A DNA stretch of 64,000 bases from Candidatus Woesearchaeota archaeon (GTDB lineage: Archaea > Nanobdellota > Nanobdellia > Woesearchaeales > UBA11576): assembly GCA_016929255.1 (NCBI GenBank), contig JAFGJH010000029.1, positions 375 to 64,374 on the forward strand, read 5' to 3'. The notes under the pieces are model-generated. The model searched no databases and was not told the origin of the DNA. It saw only the letters and a program-made list of their open reading frames with translations. The translations under genes were made by a program, and so were the position numbers. The first letter of the stretch is position 1, and the number at the start of each line of letters is the position of its first letter. Below, piece by piece: positions 11,159-21,411 of this stretch.

Positions 11159-12265
11159 ATGCAAGGAGAAATATCAGAAGCAGATATACTGCAAGACTGC
11201 TCTTATGAACGCATATTGAAGCATTTCTTTGGCGAAAAAGCGTTCGATAAAAGCAGAAAGGCACGAGAGAAGAGGCTGAAGCAGATAAAGAAAGGGCTTG
11301 TGGTGCCCGGTGAAGTGATGGGCGAATACCTCATCCACCGCATGAACCCTGGCTGCATAGAGAGGGCAAGGAAGAGCGGCAAGACAATCCCCTGCTTCAA
11401 CATCCTGGATGTCACCCACCTTCCCACAGAGGAGGACCGCGTACTCAAGACACCAAACCCAGCACTCATGATAGACAGACCTGACCTTGAGTTCTACCTG
11501 CAGAATGAGTGGAGGGTCCTGTCCAGGCTCAACCACAGGAACATAATCAAGGCATACAGGCCAATACAAAAGAGGAAGGTGCCATACCTTCCGCTCGAAT
11601 ACCTGCCATACCAGCTGCATGAGATAATAGGAAAAAGACCCGCCCTTGAGGGAATTGTATTCTTCGCCCTCGAGGCAGCTACAGCAATGCAGTGCCTGGA
11701 GCAGGAGGGGGTCGTCCACGGAGACATAAAACCGCAGCAGTTCATGGCAGGACATGACCCTGAGGACTTCAGGTACAGCGTCGTGAAACTACTTGACTTC
11801 GGCGCGGCAAGGCATCCGGACATCCCTCCCGTCGGCGTGATATACACCCCAGCATACCTTGCGCCAGAAACAAAGAGGGCAGTCGAGACAGCAGGCCTCA
11901 GCGACGAGGAGAAGGTAGCTGCCTTCACGCACAAGTCAGACATTTTCGCACTCGGTCTCAGCTATGCAAGGGTCGCGCTCTCATCAGAGATGGCCAGTGC
12001 AGAAGTAAGCATCCTGTTCGCAGAGCCGGGCAAGGCTGCAAAGATGACCGTCGAAGCGATGTACGACCACCACCTGCCATACCTGTTCAACAGGATAATC
12101 GAGATGATGATTGCAGAAGATCCTGACGAGAGGATAGATGCAGATGAGGTCGTGAGGAGGTTCCAGGATTTCATGCTCACCTTCAACCTGGGCCCGAAGA
12201 CAGTCATAAGCAAAAACCTCTATTCAGGGAAGGTCTTAAACAGGAGCACAGACCGGCCTTATTAA
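11159..12265 (+). CDS. Hanks-type Ser/Thr protein kinase
   Basis: VLK lysine, NE helix-C glutamate, LNHRNII, HGDIKPQQ catalytic loop, DFG, TPAYLAPE, SDIFALG. Confidence 0.88.
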   Translation: MQGEISEADILQDCSYERILKHFFGEKAFDKSRKAREKRLKQIKKGLVVPGEVMGEYLIHRMNPGCIERARKSGKTIPCFNILDVTHLPTEEDRVLKTPNPALMIDRPDLEFYLQNEWRVLSRLNHRNIIKAYRPIQKRKVPYLPLEYLPYQLHEIIGKRPALEGIVFFALEAATAMQCLEQEGVVHGDIKPQQFMAGHDPEDFRYSVVKLLDFGAARHPDIPPVGVIYTPAYLAPETKRAVETAGLSDEEKVAAFTHKSDIFALGLSYARVALSSEMASAEVSILFAEPGKAAKMTVEAMYDHHLPYLFNRIIEMMIAEDPDERIDADEVVRRFQDFMLTFNLGPKTVISKNLYSGKVLNRSTDRPY

Positions 12266-12378
12266 AGCCCGCAACCTTTATAAACCACCTCTTTCTCCAA
12301 CAAAGATATGCCCTGAATAAGGGATCTGGCAACCAAGTTGCCGACGTGGCCTGCAAAGGCGATATCAGGTGAAAAATA

Positions 12379-12924
12379 ATGCCAACAATGTTTGATGTTC
12401 CAGTAAATGACCTCATAGAAGAGGTAGCCAAAGACCTCCAGAAGGCCAGTGAAATAAAGCCGCCCGCGTGGTCTGTATTTGTCAAGACAGGAGTGCACAA
12501 GCAGAGGCCTCCGAAAAGAGCAGACTGGTGGTATGTCCGCTGCGCATCAGTCCTGCGGAGCGTGAGGCTGCTAGGCCCGGTCGGCGTGCAGAAGCTCAGG
12601 ACAAAATACGGCGGCAGGAAGCAGAGAGGCCACAAGCCAGAACACTTCTACAAAGGATCAGGTAACATCCTGAGGAAAGCGCTTCAGCAGCTGGAAGCAG
12701 CAGGGCTCATCAAGTACGAGAAAGAAGGCGTACGAAAAGGAAGAATCATAACCCCTAAAGGGATATCGCTCATTGACAAGGCAGCTGTAAGGCTGTACAA
12801 GACCAAGAAAGCATTGACGCCAAAAACAGCATCTGCGGAGAAACCTGCACCCGCGCCAAAACCAGAAGCAGCCCAGGCAGCACCAGCAAAGGAAGTGCCG
12901 AAAGCTCCTGGTAATGAATCATAA
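12379..12924 (+). CDS. rps19e: 30S ribosomal protein S19e with Ala/Pro/Lys-rich C-terminal extension
   Basis: [52 protein letters not shown]. Confidence 0.97.
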   Translation: MPTMFDVPVNDLIEEVAKDLQKASEIKPPAWSVFVKTGVHKQRPPKRADWWYVRCASVLRSVRLLGPVGVQKLRTKYGGRKQRGHKPEHFYKGSGNILRKALQQLEAAGLIKYEKEGVRKGRIITPKGISLIDKAAVRLYKTKKALTPKTASAEKPAPAPKPEAAQAAPAKEVPKAPGNES

Positions 12925-12939
12925 TAATATAACTACAAA

Positions 12940-13113
12940 ATGGCAAGATACATACACAAGTCAAGGAAGCTGAGACTCGCAAAGCTCGGCAGACAGACAA
13001 AATGGGCACCATTCTGGACAGTCCCGAAGATATACGGCACAGGAAGAAGGGTGCACCCTGGAAGGCACACAGCAGTCAAGCGCACCTGGAGAAGGCACAA
13101 GACGAAAGCTTGA
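12940..13113 (+). CDS. rpl39e: 50S ribosomal protein L39e (57 aa)
   Basis: Hand translation MARYIHKSRKLRLAKLGRQTKWAPFWTVPKIYGTGRRVHPGRHTAVKRTWRRHKTKA. Canonical position before L31e. Below the ORF-track length cut-off. Confidence 0.92.
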   Translation: MARYIHKSRKLRLAKLGRQTKWAPFWTVPKIYGTGRRVHPGRHTAVKRTWRRHKTKA

Positions 13114-13149
13114 ATAGACCGGAAAAAAGATAAAAAAATACTGATCAGC

Positions 13150-13644
13150 ATGGCCACGACCGAAAGGACATACACAATCCCGCTGCGGAAGGAATATATG
13201 AAGGCCCCTATGTACAGGAGGGCCAAGAAAGCGGTCAACGCAGTGAGGACATTCATGAAGAAGCACATGAAGTGCGAGACCATACTCATAGGCCCGAAGC
13301 TCAACCTAAAGATATGGGAGCACGGCATCAAGAACCCGCCCCACCGCGTCAAGGTCACAGCAGTCAAGGACGACAAGGAAGACACAGCAAGGGTAGAGCT
13401 CTTCGGATTCGAGTTCAAGCCGAAGGAGAAGAAAGAGAAGAAGGAGAAGAAGCCTGCCGGAATCGCGGGCAAGATACAGGAGAAGCTCGCACCGAAACAT
13501 GAAGAGGCACCGAAAGCGGAAGTGACGACAAAGAAGGACATAAAAGAAGTGAAGAAGGGCGTCGAGAAGAAAGAAGAGAAGAAGGAAAAGAAAGTAGAGG
13601 CTGCACCCAACAAGGAAGCGAAACCGAAAGAAGAAAAGGCGTAA
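13150..13644 (+). CDS. rpl31e: 50S ribosomal protein L31e with Lys/Glu-rich extension
   Basis: ERTYTIPLR, RAKKAVNAVRTFMKKHMK, LNLKIWEHGIKNPPHRVKV. Confidence 0.96.
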   Translation: MATTERTYTIPLRKEYMKAPMYRRAKKAVNAVRTFMKKHMKCETILIGPKLNLKIWEHGIKNPPHRVKVTAVKDDKEDTARVELFGFEFKPKEKKEKKEKKPAGIAGKIQEKLAPKHEEAPKAEVTTKKDIKEVKKGVEKKEEKKEKKVEAAPNKEAKPKEEKA

Positions 13645-13686
13645 TCATATTTCTTTAAAATATTTTCATCCTGAGGCAGGAGAAGA

Positions 13687-14688
13687 ATGACCCAAGAACT
13701 GCCGTTCGAAAAGACCAAAAGAAAGATTCTAGTCAAGAAACAGTCAGAGACATCTGACAAGTACGGCTGCAGCCCTGAAGCGCGCAGCACAGAGCAGCTG
13801 CTCCAGCTCGGGATAATAAACATAGACAAACCTAAAGGCCCGACATCACACCAGGTATCAGCCTACGTGCAGAAGATACTCGGAGCCAAGAAAGGAGGGC
13901 ACAGCGGCACACTCGACCCAAAAGTAACTGGAGTCCTGCCCACAGCCATAGAGAAGGCTACAAGGATCGTCCAAGCGCTGCTGGTCGCAGGAAAGGAATA
14001 CATCTGCCTGATGCACCTGCACAAGGAAGTTCCTGAAGAGCAGATAATGAAGGTGATGAAGGAATTCACGGGCAAAATAACCCAGCTTCCCCCTCTTAAG
14101 TCAGCGGTGAAGAGGCAATGGAGGGAAAGAAGGGTCTATTACATAGAGATACTTGACATCGTCGGACAGGATGTGCTTTTTGTAATAGGCTGCCAGGCAG
14201 GCACGTACATAAGGAAAATATGCCATGACATAGGAAAGTCTCTCGGCACAGGGGCGCACATGGCAGAGCTCCGCAGGACAAAGGCAGGGCCTTTCAACGA
14301 GAGCACGCTCGCTACACTCCACGACCTGACCGACGCATACTGGTACTACAAGAACGAGGGCAACGACAGGCTGCTCAGGCATATTGTGCAGCCGGTGGAA
14401 AATGCTGTGAGCCACCTGCCGAAGGTGTGGGTGATGGACACGACAGTGGACACACTGTGCCATGGCGCAGACCTTGCAGTGCCTGGCATCGCCAAGCTGG
14501 AGAGCGGCATAGAGCCTGACCAGACAGTCGCTGTGATGACACTCAAGCAGGAACTGGCTGCACTGGGAACTGCAAAGATAAACTCCAATGACATGATGCG
14601 CAGGGACAGGGGAATAGCAGTCAAGACAAAGAAGGTATTCATGGATCCAGGCACGTACCCCAAGGTGCAGAAGAAAGAGCCCCAGTAA
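13687..14688 (+). CDS. cbf5: H/ACA pseudouridine synthase Cbf5 (TruB family, PUA domain)
   Basis: IDKPKGPTSHQV, GHSGTLDPKVTG, KEYIC, CQAGTYIRK, HMAELRRT, C-terminal PUA domain. Confidence 0.96.
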   Translation: MTQELPFEKTKRKILVKKQSETSDKYGCSPEARSTEQLLQLGIINIDKPKGPTSHQVSAYVQKILGAKKGGHSGTLDPKVTGVLPTAIEKATRIVQALLVAGKEYICLMHLHKEVPEEQIMKVMKEFTGKITQLPPLKSAVKRQWRERRVYYIEILDIVGQDVLFVIGCQAGTYIRKICHDIGKSLGTGAHMAELRRTKAGPFNESTLATLHDLTDAYWYYKNEGNDRLLRHIVQPVENAVSHLPKVWVMDTTVDTLCHGADLAVPGIAKLESGIEPDQTVAVMTLKQELAALGTAKINSNDMMRRDRGIAVKTKKVFMDPGTYPKVQKKEPQ

Positions 14689-14770
14689 ACCACCAACCAC
14701 ATTTTCATCATTTCTCAGTGGTTAAAAAACGAAAAATTTATAAATGACTGGTTTTCTTTTCCGGGATAAA

Positions 14771-15280
14771 ATGGGCCGAAGAATCAACAGATATCTGAGC
14801 GAGAAAGAAAAGAGAGAAAGAGAAAACAATGACTCCCTGCTAGACAGACAACCAGACAGACAACCCGGCGCGACCCTCCAAGGCATCGCTAAGGTATTGA
14901 CCTACACCGGCGCGGCGCTGCTGGTCGCAGGAGCAATAGCTGCAGAGTTGCTGACAGCATATGACACCCAAAACCCCCTTGACAGGTACACTCCCTGCAC
15001 ATACACGATCCAGAAAGGGGACACGCTGACAAGCATCTGCAGGAGCGAGGGATTCACAGGCAATGACCTCCAGCACTGCATCGACCAGCTCTGCAGGGAC
15101 AACAGGCACAACCAAATGCCGGACAGGGTCACGCCCGTATTCGACCCTCTAGCAGGTGAATGCAGTTCTATGAAAGCAGGCGGAAATATAATCTTCGTAG
15201 ACAGAAATGGTGACGGCAAAGTCAACGGGCAGGAATGCAGCAGGGATTACGCTTCAGAAGTCCTAAGGGTCACACAATAA
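14771..15280 (+). CDS. Membrane-anchored LysM-domain protein
   Basis: One TM segment, then YTIQKGDTLTSIC (LysM start), six Cys and a DRNGDGKVN Ca-loop-like motif. Start chosen at ATG 14771. Confidence 0.65.
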   Translation: MGRRINRYLSEKEKRERENNDSLLDRQPDRQPGATLQGIAKVLTYTGAALLVAGAIAAELLTAYDTQNPLDRYTPCTYTIQKGDTLTSICRSEGFTGNDLQHCIDQLCRDNRHNQMPDRVTPVFDPLAGECSSMKAGGNIIFVDRNGDGKVNGQECSRDYASEVLRVTQ

Positions 15281-15922
15281 TCAGTCAAGCTTTATCCCTT
15301 TTATGAAATCATAAGTCCGCGGCGCATCCTCACGCTTCAGCGTCTTCTTCAGGTGCTTGAGCTCTTCGACAGTGTCGACATCAGGCAGCTCGTCAAGGAG
15401 GACGAAAGTCATCCCCTTATCCTTGACTGCCCTCACCTGCTCGTCAAGAAGACGCTCTGTCCCGAAATGAAGCTCCTTGAAGAGGTCATGCGCCTTCTTC
15501 ATTCCGATAAGGTAATAGCCGCCATCCTCTGCAGGTCCGAGCACAACATCATAAGAAGACAGGGCATTGAATGCCTTGATTATCATCGCAGAAGGAAGGT
15601 CAGGGACATCACAGCCGATTATGACCACCTTCTCATAATCGTCAAGAAGGTCCTCGAAAGTACAGGACAGGTTCTCACCAAGGTTCATACCCCTCTGGAC
15701 GTAGAGGATAGCATGCGGAAACATGGTCCTGTACTGCTCCTTATGCTCATGGCCTATGAAGCTAAGATAAAGGTCATAGTCCCTGTCCTTGTTCTTATCG
15801 ATGATGTCTTTTATGAAAGACTCACAAAGCCTTGCAGAATTCTCCATGCCTATGACTCTGCCGATCTTCTTCTTGACTGTTCCCGCCTCCGGGAACTTGG
15901 CAAACAAGACAAGCGCATTCAT
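15281..15922 (-). CDS. DUF2064/TIGR04282-family (CofC-like) transferase
   Basis: LFAKFPEAGTVKKKI, QRGMNLGENL, IIGCDVPDL, VVLGPAEDGGYYLIG, DVDTVEEL. Confidence 0.88.
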   Translation of the reverse strand: MNALVLFAKFPEAGTVKKKIGRVIGMENSARLCESFIKDIIDKNKDRDYDLYLSFIGHEHKEQYRTMFPHAILYVQRGMNLGENLSCTFEDLLDDYEKVVIIGCDVPDLPSAMIIKAFNALSSYDVVLGPAEDGGYYLIGMKKAHDLFKELHFGTERLLDEQVRAVKDKGMTFVLLDELPDVDTVEELKHLKKTLKREDAPRTYDFIKGIKLD

Positions 15923-16044
15923 TCTAGACCATAGGATGGATAATCAATAAATAAGCGATATAATATCAATATAACAAATATATAATGCATATGTTCATCT
16001 TGTTTTTAAAGCTTTTCACTGTATTTAAAATAAATACGCAAGAA

Positions 16045-16647
16045 CTAAACATCCACACCCGAATTTCTCAGCTTTTGCCTCAGAAGCTCCGCATCCTTGA
16101 ACAATATCCCATTCATGCCTGCAGCCTCAGCCCCCTGCACATTCTTCTCCTTGTTGTCGATGAAGATGCAGTCTATCGGCCTCAGGCCGAGACGCTCTGC
16201 AGCGATAATATAGATATCCTTATCCGGCTTCTTGACATGCACATCGCAGGAGATGACCCATGCGTCAAAATAGCGGTCAAGGCCAAGGTCATCCCCCACA
16301 TAATCAGACCATTCAGAGGAATTGTTCGAGATGACTCCAACACCATACCTGCCAAGAGCCCTTATGTCCTTCACGACATCCAGCACATCCTCACTGACCT
16401 TGATAAAAGAGCATGACTTTGCGAGAATCTCCTCAGCATTCAGGCCGACACCAAGGTCGGACAACTGCCTCTGGAAGAACTCGACGCCACTCATCCTGCC
16501 AAGCTCATAATCAAGCCAGTACTGATTCCTGACCTCCTTCACTTTAGGATAAGGAACACCAGTAAGGCCCGAGATATAGCTCTCCATCAGAGGGAATAGG
16601 TCTGTGACCAGAACCCCTCCCAAATCAAAGAATATCGCCTTAATCAC
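16045..16647 (-). CDS. HAD-superfamily phosphatase
   Basis: IFFDLGGVL motif I, ISNN motif II, KKPDKDIY, FIDNKEKNV. Start placed at GTG of IKAIFFD. Confidence 0.9.
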   Translation of the reverse strand: MIKAIFFDLGGVLVTDLFPLMESYISGLTGVPYPKVKEVRNQYWLDYELGRMSGVEFFQRQLSDLGVGLNAEEILAKSCSFIKVSEDVLDVVKDIRALGRYGVGVISNNSSEWSDYVGDDLGLDRYFDAWVISCDVHVKKPDKDIYIIAAERLGLRPIDCIFIDNKEKNVQGAEAAGMNGILFKDAELLRQKLRNSGVDV

Positions 16648-16670
16648 ATCATCCACCACACAACACACCC

Positions 16671-18146
16671 TCAGCCGAGACAGCGCCGCAGCCTGGCAGC
16701 AGCGAGCAGGTCCTTGGAGAAGTCTTTTTTAGTCGACCAGAGATGGAACACATTAGATGTGTGGTTCCTGTGCAGAAAATCATCTGTAGAGGCAGGCCCA
16801 AGCGAACCGTCAGTGTAATCCTCCACAAGCTTCACATCATTAAGTATGGTCTCCCAGACCCTGCCTGTCTTCGCAAGGAAGCGCAGGTTCTCCTTGTTGA
16901 GCAAACGGCATGAAGTGACAAGATCCTGCTTTATGCCAGGATACATCCTTTCAAGATCCTTGACAAGACCCTCCTTTATGCACTCGACAATCGCCCTCCC
17001 TGCGCCGATGATTTCAGGAGGGATGCCGAGAGAGTAGAGCGAGAACGAGCGGTGTATCCTCTTGTCGATCACCTTGTTCAGGGAGCTCATCGCAGCAGGC
17101 ATCTCAGAAAAGCCAGGAAGGCTTTTCATAGTCTCCCTGAAATGCCTGGAGAATATTTTTTCCACCCTCGTCAGCATCTCAGACTCTTCCCTCGTATAAG
17201 ATAAGGCCTTGTTCCTGGGAAGCAACCTGTTGAGGGCAGAAACCGCCTCCTTCACCTCATCAATCTCGTAATCATACCTGAAAGCAGGGGTTATGGTCAC
17301 TGTCCGCGCGCCAGGATAAGTATCAACAAAATCCCTGAACGAACCTGGATTCAGACCACCCCTGAACATGAGGGGCCCAGCCTCTACAATCGGGTGAGAG
17401 ACCGTGCCTGTGATGCTCGAGAAAGAGGAATAGCTTGAAAGAACCCTCTTGGTCATCAGCACAGCAGCGACAAAACCCACCTTGTCAGCCACTTCTGAAC
17501 GGGGTATGAGCGGCCTGAAATAGTCCAACTTGCACCTGAAAGAAGACTGGAACCCTGAAAAATAGCTGTTCAGGAGGGAGTACCAGTTCTGCGAGCTGAA
17601 ATCATGCGTCGGGATTATAGAAATAAACTTCGGCCCGCAATCATGCCTGAGCTTCTCTGTCGCAATACCTACTGACTCATTGTAAATCCTTGCAAAACGC
17701 AGCAGGCCATCAGAAGAGGCTGAGGAGTGCACGACTTCAAAGATAGGCGGAGAGAACATCCTCTGCCCTGCAGCGAAATCATTGGAGCTGATTATGGACA
17801 TCGACATCCTGCCCATATCCTCCAGCCCATGCTCTCCTTCCACCCTAAAAGTCACAAAACAGCTCTTGCCTATAGGGTTATCCCTGAAGAATGCCTTGTA
17901 TATGTTGACAAGCTTCTTGATGAGCAGCTCATCCACCTTCCTGCCCTGCCAGTCCCAGAAGTATTCATGGCAGTCCAGCTCCTTGAAAGCGACATAGCAG
18001 TCAAAGAAATCATCTGAAGTCGATGTGTTCTCCTTGAAAGACCAGAATGGCCTCCTTGTATTATCAGGAAACTGGGTGGCAGTAGTTGAAGGCAGCTTCC
18101 TGCCGCCAGATACACCAACACCTTCTTTTGGCTCCTTGAGGGGCAT
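16671..18146 (-). CDS. ppcA: Archaeal-type phosphoenolpyruvate carboxylase homolog (PepcA/PpcA), catalytically degenerate
   Basis: KLPSTTATQFPDN...PFW, EYFWDWQGRKVD, PPIFEVV, MFRGGLNP, AFRYDY, LYSLGIPPEIIG and C-terminal RRCLG follow the PepcA pattern. The conserved TQHPDN His is Phe. Confidence 0.8.
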   Translation of the reverse strand: MPLKEPKEGVGVSGGRKLPSTTATQFPDNTRRPFWSFKENTSTSDDFFDCYVAFKELDCHEYFWDWQGRKVDELLIKKLVNIYKAFFRDNPIGKSCFVTFRVEGEHGLEDMGRMSMSIISSNDFAAGQRMFSPPIFEVVHSSASSDGLLRFARIYNESVGIATEKLRHDCGPKFISIIPTHDFSSQNWYSLLNSYFSGFQSSFRCKLDYFRPLIPRSEVADKVGFVAAVLMTKRVLSSYSSFSSITGTVSHPIVEAGPLMFRGGLNPGSFRDFVDTYPGARTVTITPAFRYDYEIDEVKEAVSALNRLLPRNKALSYTREESEMLTRVEKIFSRHFRETMKSLPGFSEMPAAMSSLNKVIDKRIHRSFSLYSLGIPPEIIGAGRAIVECIKEGLVKDLERMYPGIKQDLVTSCRLLNKENLRFLAKTGRVWETILNDVKLVEDYTDGSLGPASTDDFLHRNHTSNVFHLWSTKKDFSKDLLAAARLRRCLG

Positions 18147-18249
18147 GCCTGCACAAAGGCCTGGAGTGGTTTATATATTTTGTGAGAAATCCTGCAACAT
18201 AAAAAACAGCCGAACCGATTAACAGGCACACACCAGCAGGATGGCCTGC

Positions 18250-19416
18250 CTACATATCATCAAGAAAACGGTCTATCTGACTTTCCTGCCTTACCACCTC
18301 CCTCTTTGAGGGATCATACCCTTTCTTAAGAAGAGAATACTCTGCCTCTGCAACCTCTCCTATGAAGTGCAAGTTCAGCTGAGTGTTCGAGTTCCGGCGC
18401 CCAATCCGCAAGTGGTCAGGATTCACGGAGGCAGGCACCATCCCCTTGGCCTGCACCACATAACAGTTGAATATCCTCTGGATGAAACCCTGTTCATGCA
18501 CATACAAATATACTGACCCTGATTCAGGAAATATCCTCTCAACAAGCCGGATCACAGCATCATCATGCTCATACACCGACATCCGTCCAGCATAATCTCT
18601 ATAAAATTCATCGCATCTTGCAAAACGCCCCCCATTGCTTTCAGCAACGTCGCCTGCTATCCCCTCAAGCACAGAATGGTCGCCGCAGTCAACCAACAGG
18701 AACCTCTCGAGGATATACAGCTTGTCATACCAGATGTGGCTCACGCTGCTATACAAATCCTTCATCGTCCGCAATATGAGATTCTTGAGGTCATCTGACC
18801 TGTAGTGCCTGCCTTCAGCGTCATAACGCTTATCTATACCCCTCAGGTTCACCCTGCGCCTTACGCCAGGAACTCCAGAGAAATTCTCTACAGGAAGCGA
18901 AACAATCCCTTTCTTGACGAGCTGAGCACGGGTCTGTGCCAGCGATGCATCAAGATACTGCTGCATCATCACAGAAATGAATGATTCTCTGGGAGTTCTG
19001 ACAGCCTCATCCAATAGAGGATCTTCGCTGGTGGCGATGAAACCTCCATCCTCATGAACCAGGTAAGAATTTTTCAGCGGATTGAACAGGGGTGCGCTCT
19101 GACCACCTATCAGAACCACCTCATCGACCCGGGTTATGGTCTCTTTCCTTAAAGGGTCTACCCTGCTTTCTGAAAGCTCCCTGATATATGTCAACTCAAC
19201 TCCGAGAGGCTCGACAAAAATATGGATGCACTGCTCATCCCCCAACTCAGACGGTTCTTCCACAAGCTGGATGACCTGGTCAGGACTGCCTCCCCGCATC
19301 GAGTGGCACCGCCTCAGCACCCCTTCAAAATGCTTGACTGCCCTCAGAAGATCTGAGTCATAATGGATCCATGACCTGTCCACTTTCCCAGGGCGCGTAA
19401 TTTCAGACATGACCAT
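18250..19416 (-). CDS. Hypothetical protein
   Basis: Long ORF with host-like codon use. Start moved to ATG 19416 because the upstream extension is AT-rich intergenic sequence. Confidence 0.75.
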   Translation of the reverse strand: MVMSEITRPGKVDRSWIHYDSDLLRAVKHFEGVLRRCHSMRGGSPDQVIQLVEEPSELGDEQCIHIFVEPLGVELTYIRELSESRVDPLRKETITRVDEVVLIGGQSAPLFNPLKNSYLVHEDGGFIATSEDPLLDEAVRTPRESFISVMMQQYLDASLAQTRAQLVKKGIVSLPVENFSGVPGVRRRVNLRGIDKRYDAEGRHYRSDDLKNLILRTMKDLYSSVSHIWYDKLYILERFLLVDCGDHSVLEGIAGDVAESNGGRFARCDEFYRDYAGRMSVYEHDDAVIRLVERIFPESGSVYLYVHEQGFIQRIFNCYVVQAKGMVPASVNPDHLRIGRRNSNTQLNLHFIGEVAEAEYSLLKKGYDPSKREVVRQESQIDRFLDDM

Positions 19417-19671
19417 AAAATAGCTGCATAGAGATATATAAATTTTCTGTATTTTACATTTTAACAGTAGTAACACATTAAAAAGAGCAGTGCAGGCTCT
19501 GAAAAGAGGTGTTGAAAAAAAATAGTCATCAATATTTCGTTAAACAAGAAAAAAGTAATAAATATCCATATTTAGTAAAAAAATAAAACAAAAGATTTTT
19601 CAATTTGAAGCACATCATAATCCTGGATATGTTAAGAGTATAATCACCAAGTGTGTTGGGAGGTCAACAAA

Positions 19672-19959
19672 ATGACAAACAAATGCGAGACATACATCCT
19701 GAACAGGTCAGGCAAGTGGATACGTGAAGATGACTGGTTCTGGCCGACAGTTTCCGAAGACGAGAGACTTGACGAGGAAGATAATCTTGAAGGGGAGCTT
19801 TCTCTCGATGAAAGGAGAGCGATAGCAAATCCACTCTCAGGTGCTGCCCAGGGCATAGGCAACATAGCCGCAGAAATGTACCGGAGCGCAAGAGATTATG
19901 TGACCTGCGCAGACATCGTCGAGGAGGGCAACAGGCTCACCGACGGTTACAGCAGATAA
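19672..19959 (+). CDS. Small acidic hypothetical protein
   Basis: GGAGGT RBS before ATG 19672, followed by a T-rich tract. Confidence 0.7.
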   Translation: MTNKCETYILNRSGKWIREDDWFWPTVSEDERLDEEDNLEGELSLDERRAIANPLSGAAQGIGNIAAEMYRSARDYVTCADIVEEGNRLTDGYSR

Positions 19960-20043
19960 GATAATCACTATTCAATACTTCTTTTATTTCTTTTTTTGTT
20001 TTTGTTCAGCTAAACTCAGGCAGCACCTTATAATAACAAGAAG

Positions 20044-20367
20044 TCAAACGCCCAACAGCTTTCTCTCAAAGACCTCGCATCCCAGGAAGAACACGAGGAC
20101 ATAAAGGAAGCTGAACGACCAGAACTGGATGCTGTCGTTCGCGAGCACTGCACCGCCGAAGATGCCTGCGACTATGACAATCACAATAGACAGGAATGAG
20201 TACCTTCTCTCCAGCCTGAACATAGAAGAAAGGAATGCCAACAGGATCACGAGTATCACCCTAAAAAGGACTGTAAGACGCTCTGCTGTCATGAAAACCC
20301 CTAACAGGAGCATAAGCACGAAGAAAGTCACCCAATAAACAACCCGCTTGACGCTCTCCATCTCCAT
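20044..20367 (-). CDS. Small membrane protein (about 4 TM)
   Basis: Four hydrophobic segments in 107 aa. Confidence 0.75.
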   Translation of the reverse strand: MEMESVKRVVYWVTFFVLMLLLGVFMTAERLTVLFRVILVILLAFLSSMFRLERRYSFLSIVIVIVAGIFGGAVLANDSIQFWSFSFLYVLVFFLGCEVFERKLLGV

Positions 20368-20805
20368 ACAGGAAATATTGATAATATCAAATAAAAACTT
20401 TTTTATCCCGTAAAAAACATCACAAAAAAAGACATTTGAGAAAAAATAACCAATTTAGTTTACAAAACACTTTCCACTCATAAAATAATCCTAATAATCG
20501 TAAAAAAATGCCGAACAAATTTTATTAATAAAGCGCGCGTAATATGCCTTATTGAAATGTGAGCCTGTATTGCACCATAGGTTCATGATGTTCAGGGACA
20601 CAATTGTCCCTGGCAAAAAATCCAGGCCTGGAAGCCCGCGTGCAACAATTTTCCTCCAAAGCTCCCCTTTGAATGGACAATTACAGGCGGCGGGTTTCCG
20701 GGCAAACTATGTTTACAGAATCACTGCAAAAGCATCCAGGTGTTGAAAAAGAGGAAGCATAACTAAAAAACAAAATTACCGAGCCACAACCGGAGGAGAT
20801 GTCAA

Positions 20806-21411
20806 ATGAAACAAACAGAAAACAGTGAACTCGACCAGTGCCTTCAAGAGATACTCGAGATGAACAGAAAAGGCAATGCCACGCCACAAGACGAAGTTGA
20901 AGTGGAAATAGATGTGACCGACCTTGAATTCGTCGTCAAGAGAACCGCAAGCGCGCCCTTAAGGGCGAAAGCAGCCCCTGCTGAGGATTCTAACCCGTTC
21001 TCAACAACCAATGATGGGTATATAGAGCTGAGATTAAAATATGACGGAGGCGGAAGGAAGATACCCCACCTCACTGCATTCGTTGACTGGGAAAGCGGCA
21101 AAGGATACATGATGGGCGCAACGCCAGACCAGCTCGGCATGTATCTGGAGCAGCTTGCGAAATCAGGCCAGAAAATAGAAAGGGAGATCGGCGAAGCTAT
21201 CCTGCACCCCGAATACATGCAACAGGTAAAGATGGAGTACGGCGAACAGGGCGCAGAATACGTGACTGCGACAGTCAGGAAGCTGATGCAGGAACCTGCA
21301 AAAGTGGTCCCGATAACCTCAAAAAAGAGCAAGACTGCAGACGGGCCAAGAGTCCCGGATGCAGCATTCCAGTTATACACCCACACAAAACACGGAGAGA
21401 TGTCAAAATGA
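20806..21411 (+). CDS. Hypothetical protein
   Basis: GGAGG RBS. Stop overlaps the next start (ATGA). Confidence 0.8.
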   Translation: MKQTENSELDQCLQEILEMNRKGNATPQDEVEVEIDVTDLEFVVKRTASAPLRAKAAPAEDSNPFSTTNDGYIELRLKYDGGGRKIPHLTAFVDWESGKGYMMGATPDQLGMYLEQLAKSGQKIEREIGEAILHPEYMQQVKMEYGEQGAEYVTATVRKLMQEPAKVVPITSKKSKTADGPRVPDAAFQLYTHTKHGEMSK

